DNA of 64,000 nucleotides from Escherichia phage vB_EcoM_LNA6: sequence record OM630585.1; one strand, 5' to 3'. Shown piece by piece: positions 47,860 to 56,741 of this stretch (position 1 is its first letter; each line of letters starts with the position of its first letter). The notes under the pieces were generated by a model. It saw only the letters and a program-made list of their open reading frames with translations, ran no database searches and was not told where the DNA came from. The position numbers and the translations under genes were made by a program.

Positions 47860-49560
47860 ACGGGGCTAAATAGCCCAGATACCTTTATACAGCCCCTTAA
47901 ATGGGGCTTTTTGCATCCTATCGAATCCTTATACAATCCCTTTCCCTTTCCTTTCTAGAATCTTATCAGACCTTAAAAAGCAATAACTTTACAGCCTTTT
48001 ACTAAGTCAATTAATTGGCCTTATTAATAAGCCCTTAAACATAAGCCAATAACCCCAGAAAGGGGGCAACCCATTTAAACGCCATATAAAGCCCTATAAC
48101 GGCCTTTTTAACCTAACTTAAGGGATTGCATTACCTCACCCTAAAAAGCCCTTTATAAAGCTTCCCAGAGACTTAAAAGAATCTTATAAGGGTGTAAGCT
48201 TTATTATCTCGTTAGCTATCTTGTGAACTACTAAACAACCCCCCTTGATAGTAACTGAAAAGTATGTTATAGGGGCTTTAAAGTTACTTTGAAGTAGCTT
48301 AAAAGTTACGTAAATGCTAGCCCCCTTAACATTTTCTTAACAATTTCTTAACAATCCCTACATAGTTATGCTTTTAAGACACTTGTTAGCAACTTGTTAG
48401 CCCCTTGTTAAATCTCTGTTAAGACCACGTAAAAGCCTTGTAAGAACCTTTGACATAGCCTTTAAAGCCCTGTAAAGCCCTATAAAGAGCTATCTGTACA
48501 GTTGGGGGGTAAATACTAGGAAGAGACTTAAAAGAGCTTACAAGGAGCTATAGAGGGCTTTTAAGAGGTATGTTTAAAGAATCACTAAGAAGCAAAGGGA
48601 ACGATAAGAAAAGAGTAGTGACCATGTTAATAGCTTGTTAAAAAGATTAAACACTTGTTAGGAACTTGTTAATTATCTTAACAAAATAACTCTTTAAAAT
48701 TAACTTGTTAGCTCTTGTTAGTCATCTGTTAAGCATCTGTAAAGACTATTCAGCACTTGTTAAGAAACTGTTACACCCTTGTTAGTTCTGTTAAGAAACT
48801 GTTAAGACCTTTGAAGAGTTGTTAAGAAGATGTTAGAACTGTTAAGAGATTGTTAAGGATATTTTAAAATTTTGCAAAGTACTTGTAAGGGAGTTGTTAA
48901 GGGCTACCAAGCAGATATACATCTTCTACAGATATTTTTCAGTTCCTTCAAAGACCCTAAAAAATGACTTGATAGTCCTATTTTATAAAAATTTTAAAAT
49001 TCTGAATAATTACCTATACAGTCTTTTAAAAATACAGGTAGAAACAGGCTTATAAGATACCTTGTTAGTACCGTGTTAGACCTTGTGAGATAAGGTCTGT
49101 GAAGATATTCCTGTTAAGTTTGTTAAAACAGTCTATATAGAGGCTTAGTAATACCTAGTGAACACCTATAGAGGGTATCATAGCTGACATAATGGGTTAC
49201 TGTTAAGTAACACAGATAACCTAGAGATTAAGAGGTGTATAGGAGCTTCTAAGAGGGTATAGAGAGATGGTTAAGGTGACTGTATAGGTTGTTAAGAAGG
49301 TTTGTTAGAAGAGTGTTTAGAAGGCTTGTTAGAGGGCTTGTTAGAAGGCTTGTTAGAAGGGCTATACAGAGGGCTATTAAGACCACTAGATAGTTACTAA
49401 GATACTATATAGTACTATATAACTATATAGAGAGTAAGATTAAGAAGGCTGTTAAGAAGGATAGATATTTTATTCACATATGATGGTGACCCAGAGGTTG
49501 GGACAACCGATAAAATTTTATAAAAATTAAAAAGCCCCCAATTAAGGAGGCTCTTAAGAT
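47860..49560. repeat. 1.7 kb ORF-free region dense in short direct repeats
   Basis: Many copies of CTTGTTAG / CTGTTAAGA, a 4x tandem GGCTTGTTAGAAG near 49300-49360, AAAGCCCT-n-TAAAG motifs and ACTATATA repeats; no ORF of 60 aa or more on either strand. Confidence 0.7.
47891..47912 (+). terminator. intrinsic terminator ending early array
   Basis: agccccTTAAATggggct + TTTTT. Confidence 0.55.
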
Positions 49561-49563
49561 ATT

Positions 49564-50115
49564 TTAAATCAGTGTTTCCAGAACTGTCTTTAATGATGAC
49601 TTGGTTGTCTGATAAAAATGAGTAAATCCATTGTTGTTATCGAATATCTGCATCATGATATCATCTCCCTTGATTGGGTACACTCGGATATCATAGTGAA
49701 ACCCATTAAAGACAGCAGAACCACTACAGAATGAACTAAAATCATCTACTGAGATGTACTCTTCATGACCTGTGATTTTTATACAAACACCTTTACTTGG
49801 TCTCTTAGGGTTGATATCTTCCATCACAGACATGTTCTGTCCACCAAGAGATACCATAGTGACCACTTTACGGTTCTTCTGTTTAAAGTACATTTTAACT
49901 TTCTGTAAAGTGTCTTCATAGAACGGATAAGACTTCTCTACAAAGATTCCTTCAAGTGGCTCTTTACCATTTACAGTCTCTCTGTTATGCCGTACTGAGA
50001 AGATAAGTTGTCTTAGTATGTCAAGATTTTCTTCGGAGAGTGCTTCTCGAATATCACTCCAGTCAAGGACTAGATAGTTGCCTTCAACTTCTTTTACATC
50101 TTTAAAAACTTGCAT
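49564..50115 (-). CDS. hypothetical protein
   Basis: 183 aa, last gene of minus-strand block. Confidence 0.45.
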   Translation of the reverse strand: MQVFKDVKEVEGNYLVLDWSDIREALSEENLDILRQLIFSVRHNRETVNGKEPLEGIFVEKSYPFYEDTLQKVKMYFKQKNRKVVTMVSLGGQNMSVMEDINPKRPSKGVCIKITGHEEYISVDDFSSFCSGSAVFNGFHYDIRVYPIKGDDIMMQIFDNNNGFTHFYQTTKSSLKTVLETLI

Positions 50116-50168
50116 ATTCGCTACCTTCTAAGTTTCTACAAAGGGGCTATCAAGTAACCCCTAAGTTA

Positions 50169-50393
50169 TTACTCAGACTTTTCAGTCTTCTTATCAGATT
50201 TCTTACTAGTCTTCTTCTCAGCTTTCTGTTCAGGCTCCTTCTCAGAAGTTGCCTTAATAACCATATCAAGAAGCTCTGATAAGTCACTCTTCAGCAAAGT
50301 AACAGGCTGCTCGTTGTAGAAGTTTTTGTCAAGATAAACTTTAAACTCTTCTATAGAAGGAAATCCAAAAATTGGTACAGGTGTTTTAATCAT
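50169..50393 (-). CDS. hypothetical protein
   Basis: 74 aa, Lys-rich C-terminus. Confidence 0.35.
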   Translation of the reverse strand: MIKTPVPIFGFPSIEEFKVYLDKNFYNEQPVTLLKSDLSELLDMVIKATSEKEPEQKAEKKTSKKSDKKTEKSE

Positions 50394-50469
50394 TACTTAG
50401 TCTCTCCATAGGCATCTTTTAAGATTGCCTTGTTAATCATTTCAGCGATTGCAAAACGAACACATACAG

Positions 50470-51003
50470 CTATAATTGTAGGTTGCATTCTTTACTTACC
50501 TCTTCAAGTTTAACCTCAGAATCCTTAAGTCGTTTCTTATGAACTCTGAACCTCATTAGTGAGATGATGATACCAGCTAAAGGAACAGTATACAAGTACC
50601 AGATATCATGTACCTTTGCAGTAATCTGTGTAATTGTCAAGTCTTGAGCTATGCAGCTAATTGCTGATACTACTAGTAACATTGCTAAGAAGAACGCAAG
50701 TACCATAACAATACTTAGGCAGCCTCTGGCATGGTGTTCATGCTTAATACATTTATTCTTTTCGTCAACAACCCTGTTGTAGTCGTTTGCAAAGTCTCTG
50801 TAGAATGCTTTCAAGTATTCTTGAGTGTAGCCTTCAAAGCAACCTGTGCCATACCAATAATCACTACCAAAATGTGCTATGATACCGGTATCTCCATTTG
50901 GTTTCGTCACTCTTAAAGAAGTGTGATGGCGAGTATCCTGAAAATCTATCTTGTATCTTTCTTCGTAAATCATTTTCCAACCCCTCTCAATCGTTTGTTC
51001 CAC
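50470..51003 (-). CDS. membrane protein (hypothetical)
   Basis: 177 aa with central hydrophobic segments. Confidence 0.4.
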   Translation of the reverse strand: MEQTIERGWKMIYEERYKIDFQDTRHHTSLRVTKPNGDTGIIAHFGSDYWYGTGCFEGYTQEYLKAFYRDFANDYNRVVDEKNKCIKHEHHARGCLSIVMVLAFFLAMLLVVSAISCIAQDLTITQITAKVHDIWYLYTVPLAGIIISLMRFRVHKKRLKDSEVKLEEVSKECNLQL

Positions 51004-51188
51004 TCAAGGTCAACAAGTCTTTGCAGGACTTCCCCTCTAGGTGTTACGCCTTTTAAATCTGCATCATAGCAACGGTAAAAGTCACCTTCAGCGTGTTTAC
51101 CGTAGCATCTTCTGATATTCTGGCTTCTACGATACTGTTCTAACAGGGAAAGTTTGTAGTAATCTTCAACTGTAGTTAACTTTTTCAT
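50970..51188 (-). CDS. hypothetical protein
   Basis: 72 aa ORF. Confidence 0.3.
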   Translation of the reverse strand: MKKLTTVEDYYKLSLLEQYRRSQNIRRCYGKHAEGDFYRCYDADLKGVTPRGEVLQRLVDLEWNKRLRGVGK

Positions 51189-51271
51189 TCTTTTACCATG
51201 TCTCTTATCTAGAAACTAAAAAGGGAACTACCTCTCGATAGCTCCCACCATAATCAGTTTTGTATACTCGG

Positions 51272-51853
51272 TCAAGAGTATTTTTTAGGCAGTAATGCAC
51301 TGCGCTTGTTACTCTCTTCACTCAATAGTGCAATGAAATCATCACTTTTACCTTTCCACGGGCTGAATGAAGGAATGTGTTCACGGATAGCCTCAATCAC
51401 TGTTTTAAGTGCTGTGTTCTTCATCCACCAATCAGAATCTGCTGATGCTACCACGTAGTATCCACCGTCATCAGTTAAAATTGGCTCTGAAATACATGGT
51501 GAAATCAAAGTGGTGATGATTGAGCCATTGTTCATGTAATATGTACGCTTAATAACCTTTTCAAGAAGCTTGTGGAGGTCACCAAACAGTGTTACAAGTT
51601 CTTTATGGTCAATATCTTTTTCAAGACTAGCTCGATACTTCAAAAGTGCAGCATCAACTTCTCTGTCATTAAACTTGAAGTACTGGACTTCATCAACAAG
51701 GCAGACACTAATGTTATTAACATTCATAGTCAACTTGCAAACTTTTGCAGGGGAATTGATACTTGGTTGAAAAAGTGCAACACACCCTTCAATGTTTCCA
51801 AAATGTTGAACTAGTGTTACTTGTGGAATGATATCCTGTTGCTCTTCGGACAT
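51272..51853 (-). CDS. hypothetical protein
   Basis: 193 aa ORF. Confidence 0.45.
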   Translation of the reverse strand: MSEEQQDIIPQVTLVQHFGNIEGCVALFQPSINSPAKVCKLTMNVNNISVCLVDEVQYFKFNDREVDAALLKYRASLEKDIDHKELVTLFGDLHKLLEKVIKRTYYMNNGSIITTLISPCISEPILTDDGGYYVVASADSDWWMKNTALKTVIEAIREHIPSFSPWKGKSDDFIALLSEESNKRSALLPKKYS

Positions 51854-52197
51854 TACAGTTTCCTCATTAAATACTTTTTAAGTTGTGTGTTAGGTTTCTC
51901 AAAAACTTCTATAGAAGATATCTTGACAGATTCACCACGCATACCAGTATGTTTGAATATATAATACTCTAACATCCCTATGTACTTTGCTGGTAAGTCA
52001 TATTTTACATATACCGTTACAGAATCTTCAAACTCAACAACCTTTGTACCATCTTTGTAGTTAAACTCTTTAGGGTGGTTGTAGTTGTCTATGTCGTACA
52101 TTAAAAAGAGTCTTTTACGTTGTAAGTCAAGCTTATTTGTTAAAGACTCTTTGATATCTGAGAAGTTTTTGTACACTGTGACATGGAGCTTACTCAT
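51853..52197 (-). CDS. hypothetical protein
   Basis: 114 aa; overlapping start/stop with neighbours. Confidence 0.4.
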   Translation of the reverse strand: MSKLHVTVYKNFSDIKESLTNKLDLQRKRLFLMYDIDNYNHPKEFNYKDGTKVVEFEDSVTVYVKYDLPAKYIGMLEYYIFKHTGMRGESVKISSIEVFEKPNTQLKKYLMRKL

Positions 52198-52483
52198 CGT
52201 TAAACTCTCTGACGAAGAAATAGTTGACTTTGTTATTACCTACCATAAGGTCAAAGCAGGTATTCTCAAAAGGTTTGTTGTAGGCATCATATGAAACATA
52301 TGGGTCAGCTACTTGCTTAGTGCTTAACTTCTTACTTGATGGGTTTAAGAGGCCACCATACAGTTTCTTGATAGCCTCTTCTACAACAGACCAGATAATT
52401 TCGTCAGTAATTTCTTCGTACAGGTCAAGTTCACGCTCTAGTGAGAAGTCACAAATAGGGAAAATAACCTGTACTTTACTCAT
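52190..52483 (-). CDS. hypothetical protein
   Basis: 97 aa ORF. Confidence 0.4.
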   Translation of the reverse strand: MSKVQVIFPICDFSLERELDLYEEITDEIIWSVVEEAIKKLYGGLLNPSSKKLSTKQVADPYVSYDAYNKPFENTCFDLMVGNNKVNYFFVREFNDE

Positions 52484-52872
52484 TAACGAATCACCTGTGA
52501 GACTTGAATTGCTTCAGTTACTGACAAGTCACCTACTTTCTCTTCTTTGATAAAGGTGAAGGTAAGTTCAACAGGCTCTTGCTCTTCTTGCTCAACTGGA
52601 ATACCGTTAAGCTCATCACGGATTGATTGAGTTGTCCAATCTTCCCCACCATCTGGATAATGGATTGCATAAAGTGGGAACTCCATGTCATACCAGCCAA
52701 ATACAGGGCAACCATCTTCATCATCTCGCACTCTGCGAAGGGTGCTACCTGAGTCTGTAAAACGAAGACTAATATTACCGTTACACTCAAAAATTATTGC
52801 ATCAGCGAGACCAATATCTTCTCGACCATCATGAGCAAAAGTGTCAACTTTTACTTGAATCTCTTTATTCAT
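52483..52872 (-). CDS. hypothetical protein
   Basis: 129 aa acidic ORF. Confidence 0.4.
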   Translation of the reverse strand: MNKEIQVKVDTFAHDGREDIGLADAIIFECNGNISLRFTDSGSTLRRVRDDEDGCPVFGWYDMEFPLYAIHYPDGGEDWTTQSIRDELNGIPVEQEEQEPVELTFTFIKEEKVGDLSVTEAIQVSQVIR

Positions 52873-53263
52873 AAAAACCTCTCTCTGCTTGTTCGATTTT
52901 TGCTCTTAAAGTTTCGCAATGCTGTAAATGGTAGTTAGCTTCTTGTTCATGTGTTGCTAACTGCCTTTCCAGAACAGTTTTATAGTAACCTGCAAGTTGC
53001 TCTTTTGTCAATGGGTGCTCTGAAATAATATCAAGTCCACTTTCACCAAGAGGGTTGAATTGTCCATGTCCGTTGACATTGTAAGTCTCAAACTTGAACA
53101 GGCCATTGTTCACAGACTCAATAGGTGACAGTTCAACAAGTTCTACAGTAAACCGTGTATACACCTTGTCGCCTCTTGAAACAACATTGTTTCCTACAAT
53201 GCGTACAAGAGAACCATTACGAGTGTATTTAAAAGTTCCAAAGTCACTAGCCCAAAGTTTCAT
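52865..53263 (-). CDS. hypothetical protein
   Basis: 132 aa ORF. Confidence 0.4.
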   Translation of the reverse strand: MKLWASDFGTFKYTRNGSLVRIVGNNVVSRGDKVYTRFTVELVELSPIESVNNGLFKFETYNVNGHGQFNPLGESGLDIISEHPLTKEQLAGYYKTVLERQLATHEQEANYHLQHCETLRAKIEQAERGFYE

Positions 53264-53284
53264 AGTTTTCTCCTTAGAAAATAA

Positions 53285-53306
53285 AAAAGGCTCCCGAAGG
53301 AGCCTA
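53285..53306 (-). terminator. intrinsic terminator
   Basis: Minus-strand ggctccTTCGggagcc + TTTTTT downstream of lysozyme gene. Confidence 0.55.
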
Positions 53307-53314
53307 TGAAGATA

Positions 53315-53779
53315 TTACTTTGGATATACACTGTCAAGATAAATGTCAGCTTCCATTCTACGTCTGTTTTTCAGGCCGTTTGAAGTGACCTTCTTACCTT
53401 TGACTGTAACCTTGTTCCACCATTGCATAGCTTCTGCACAACCGGCCTTATTACCAGCATTGTGGCGCTTGATAAATGTGGAATCCTGCATAGCTGTGAT
53501 ACCAATGTTGTATGTTTCACTTACAAGTGCGTCAAACTCATTCTGAGAAGTTGGAACCTTGATGGCTTTGTTCACTGCTGCAACGAACTTTTCAACATCT
53601 GCAAGAAGATACTGTTCAGCTTGTTCAGCGGTAATCTTCATACCCATCTTAACAGGTTTACCAGCAATACAGATTGTTCCATACCCAATTGTAGGGATTC
53701 CAGCAGAATCTTCGTAAGCCTCTAGCTTAAGACCTTCAAAGAACTTAATAGCTTCTAAACCTTTTCTTGAGAGTTGCAT
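53315..53779 (-). CDS. lysozyme (T4-type glycoside hydrolase, endolysin candidate)
   Basis: 154 aa; EGLKLEAYEDSAGIPTIGYG matches T4-lysozyme catalytic region. Confidence 0.8.
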   Translation of the reverse strand: MQLSRKGLEAIKFFEGLKLEAYEDSAGIPTIGYGTICIAGKPVKMGMKITAEQAEQYLLADVEKFVAAVNKAIKVPTSQNEFDALVSETYNIGITAMQDSTFIKRHNAGNKAGCAEAMQWWNKVTVKGKKVTSNGLKNRRRMEADIYLDSVYPK

Positions 53780-54663
53780 TATGCCTCCCCTGCTGGGTTA
53801 ACTGTAACTGTTGCTGCATTAGATGTTACAGAGCCACCTGCACCAGTAACTACACAGGTGTAGCTTCCTGCATCAGCAGCGGTTGCACCTTCTTTGGTGT
53901 AAGTTGCAGCAGTTGCGTCTGGGATGACTTCCTCACCTTTCTTCCACTGATAACCTGTCGCACCTGTTGCCACAACATTCAGTGTTAAGGTCTCACCTTC
54001 AGCGATTTCTTGATTTGCTGGCTGTTGAGTGATTACTGGAAGTGCATTCACAGTAACTGTTGCTGCATCTGAGGTAACACTTGTTCCACCCTCTCCAGAT
54101 ACAACACAAGTGTATGAACCAGCGTCAGAAGGTGCTACTGACTGTTTTGTGTAAGTTGCAGAATTGGCACTAGGGATGTCCTCACCATCCTTTTTCCATT
54201 GATATCCAGTGGCGTTAGTTGCTAGAATGCTTAGAGTAAGTGTGCCACCCTCATTGACTGTTTGACCTGTTGGTTGCTGAGTAATTGCTGGTGGCTTAAT
54301 AGCATCCTTCAACTTAGCATTCAACATTGAGAACGGCTTAACTCTTGCCAACCATTCACAGTAAATTGTGTCAACATCTTTACCATTGATGATTGCATAC
54401 TGCAAATCCATGAAGAAATCAGCAGTTCTCATCTGTGCACCAACACTGTAAAGCAATTCATCACTAAATGGAACTTTGTAGCCTGGTTTGTAGTCAAACT
54501 TCTCAACTTCTGCAATATCAGCTTCAGGCCAATACGAACTGTAGGTGAGTGGTAAAATAGCCTCTTGATATGTTCTAAAATCATATCTCTTACCAGCCTT
54601 TACATTTGCAATGAAGCCCTTCACAAACCCTTTGAAGTCTGGGTAAGTCTTTGCTTTAATCAT
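53779..54663 (-). CDS. protein with two tandem Ig-like domains
   Basis: C-terminal duplicated ~80 aa units (ITQQP...GYQWKK...YTCVV...ATVTVN); N-terminal domain paralogous to next gene. Confidence 0.55.
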   Translation of the reverse strand: MIKAKTYPDFKGFVKGFIANVKAGKRYDFRTYQEAILPLTYSSYWPEADIAEVEKFDYKPGYKVPFSDELLYSVGAQMRTADFFMDLQYAIINGKDVDTIYCEWLARVKPFSMLNAKLKDAIKPPAITQQPTGQTVNEGGTLTLSILATNATGYQWKKDGEDIPSANSATYTKQSVAPSDAGSYTCVVSGEGGTSVTSDAATVTVNALPVITQQPANQEIAEGETLTLNVVATGATGYQWKKGEEVIPDATAATYTKEGATAADAGSYTCVVTGAGGSVTSNAATVTVNPAGEA

Positions 54664-55031
54664 TTCTCTTTAGCCTCTAAATGTGCGTTTAGTCTAAAAT
54701 AACCTTTGTGATGCGGAGATACATCACCAACAACGATACCTTTAACCTTATAACCTTTACCAATTACATACTGGATATCCATAAGGAATCTTCCAAGACC
54801 AACAATATGGAACATTGGATATAATAGATTCTCAGAGTCTGGAATATTGATTTCGGGTTTGTAGGTGCGTTGTTCGATTGTTGGTGTAATATCTTCTTCA
54901 GGCCATTTACTGAGTCTCCATGTCAAAGGTGTTGGGATAACATCATTAAGGTTGTACCTTTCACCATTTTGCACGGAATTGATATAGGATTGTAGGAAGC
55001 AATAAAAGTCTTTTGCACTCTTAGCTTTCAT
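54660..55031 (-). CDS. hypothetical protein (paralog of Ig-like protein N-domain)
   Basis: 123 aa; shares KxKxxxDFxxFxxxxIxNVxxGxRY pattern with 53779..54663. Confidence 0.4.
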   Translation of the reverse strand: MKAKSAKDFYCFLQSYINSVQNGERYNLNDVIPTPLTWRLSKWPEEDITPTIEQRTYKPEINIPDSENLLYPMFHIVGLGRFLMDIQYVIGKGYKVKGIVVGDVSPHHKGYFRLNAHLEAKEK

Positions 55032-55078
55032 TAAATATCCTTATAAATAGTTAAAGGGGCATCAGCCCCTATTCACAC

Positions 55079-55669
55079 TTAAGCTTTGGTCTTAAGTAGG
55101 TTCTTAAGTTTTTTAAGATTCATACTCTCATCAAACTTAAAACCAAATCCATTGACATAATCAATGAACTCGGATTTCTTACTGAGTGACAATGCGTAAC
55201 TCATATCAAAGTTCTTACTTGTTTCTGCGTCTGGACTAGAGTTCACATCAAATGAAATTTCCGTAGGCTCTTGCTTACTTTTTCTCATATTATCAACCAA
55301 CAAACATGTATAGTTTGCTGGATAGAAATTTACACTACCATCAACGTAGCTGTACTTATTATTATGGATAAGGTTGGAAAATACCTTAAGGAATGTTTCT
55401 GAGTCGTGGCAAACAAGTTTGAATTGGCTGGACTCTCCAAGCGCAACTAATGAGTATGGACTTTCACTATCAAAGTCATAGTTTGGATTCGATGCCGTCA
55501 CTGTTACACGCATCAAGTTATTAGCAATAGTCTTCTGTTTAAAAGAATTTTGAACATAGTGAAGACCCCTCTCACACTGATTGACTAGCTCTTTAAGTAG
55601 GTCATTTGCATATGGTGAGTTAATTGATACAGAGCCGTCACTATTGTAATTAAAACTTACTGTTAACAT
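55079..55669 (-). CDS. hypothetical protein
   Basis: 196 aa ORF. Confidence 0.4.
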   Translation of the reverse strand: MLTVSFNYNSDGSVSINSPYANDLLKELVNQCERGLHYVQNSFKQKTIANNLMRVTVTASNPNYDFDSESPYSLVALGESSQFKLVCHDSETFLKVFSNLIHNNKYSYVDGSVNFYPANYTCLLVDNMRKSKQEPTEISFDVNSSPDAETSKNFDMSYALSLSKKSEFIDYVNGFGFKFDESMNLKKLKNLLKTKA

Positions 55670-55896
55670 TTTTCAGTTCTCCTGCGATTTATAATTTTGC
55701 TGCAATAGAGAAACGAAGTAAACTCACTGGAAGAAACCACTAAGTGTTGTTCACTAGATTGAGCCATTGCCCTGAAATACATTCCAGTCAAAGCATCATA
55801 GTGACTATTCTTTCCAATTGAGGTTATATAGCCATGACTCTTTGCAGTTTGATATAAATCTATAATATCTGCGATTTCTAATTGGGAACTACACAT
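55663..55896 (-). CDS. hypothetical protein
   Basis: 77 aa ORF. Confidence 0.3.
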   Translation of the reverse strand: MCSSQLEIADIIDLYQTAKSHGYITSIGKNSHYDALTGMYFRAMAQSSEQHLVVSSSEFTSFLYCSKIINRRRTEKC

Positions 55897-56060
55897 AGAT
55901 AATCCTCTTGTCTTCTGTAATTTTGAAAGAACAGGTACAGACCAATTTCAGAGGATGAATAGTAGATTAACTCTACCCTTTTTGATTCCTTACAGTGATT
56001 GGTATTCTTACCTTTCTTCGGTTTATTTGATTTTCTCATTAAGTCTCCTTTGTAGAACAA
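55878..56060 (-). CDS. hypothetical protein
   Basis: 60 aa basic ORF, first gene of minus block. Confidence 0.3.
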   Translation of the reverse strand: MFYKGDLMRKSNKPKKGKNTNHCKESKRVELIYYSSSEIGLYLFFQNYRRQEDYLCVVPN

Positions 56061-56138
56061 GGCAGACCTACAGCTTTAAGTAAGATGGTACAGTAATCCA
56101 TACAACAAGTCAAGAACTATTGCAAGTTAAAAAAGTTG

Positions 56139-56195
56139 TTGACAAAGTACTTGACAAGGTGTAGGCTTATAAATACTTAGAAGATAACTTAAAAG
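56139..56195 (+). promoter_or_regulatory. divergent-junction promoter region with tandem TTGACA boxes
   Basis: gtTGTTGACAaagtacTTGACAaggtgtaggcttaTAAATA; at minus-to-plus strand switch. Confidence 0.4.
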
Positions 56196-56288
56196 GTTCC
56201 TCTAAAAAGGCTATTTAAACAGATATCTTTCTGGATATCTATCTTTTATCTTAAAAGCCTTTTAAGAGGTCTTATAAGAGGCATACCA

Positions 56289-56660
56289 ATGAAAAACAGA
56301 ACAAACAAAGGCCAGTTTAAAAAAGGCCAATCTGGAAACCCATCTGGAAGACCAAAAGGCTCTCGCAACAAAAGCTCACTTGTAAAAGCTCAACTGACCA
56401 TTGACAATTCTGCTGAGTTTGCTGCAAAGTTATTTGAAGCGATTGTTACAAGGGATGCTGCTAAGCTTGCAGAGTTCGGGTTAAACACAGATGACGTAAC
56501 CATCAAGAGTATGATTGAGGTCGGTAAAACTATCTTTACTCACTCAGCAGGTGAGATGAAAGCACTTGCAGCAGACACTAAGAAGACTCCTGATAGTGGT
56601 GGTCAACAACAGACAGATAACAAACCAACGTTCTCTGCTGTAGCGACTCTCAAAAAATAA
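56289..56660 (+). CDS. hypothetical protein (basic N-terminus GNPSGRPKG)
   Basis: 123 aa ORF after promoter region. Confidence 0.4.
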   Translation: MKNRTNKGQFKKGQSGNPSGRPKGSRNKSSLVKAQLTIDNSAEFAAKLFEAIVTRDAAKLAEFGLNTDDVTIKSMIEVGKTIFTHSAGEMKALAADTKKTPDSGGQQQTDNKPTFSAVATLKK

Positions 56661-56741
56661 TTTTAAAAGGTGTTGACAGACTCTACAAAGTTGCTCTAAA
56701 GTCTGTCACATCAAACAACAAATGAGAGAAGAGAGTAAAAT

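Noticed and set aside
47860-49560. Possible CRISPR array in the repeat-dense region
   Set aside because: Repeats are only 8-12 bp, irregularly spaced and degenerate, with no 25-40 bp identical repeats separated by unique spacers.
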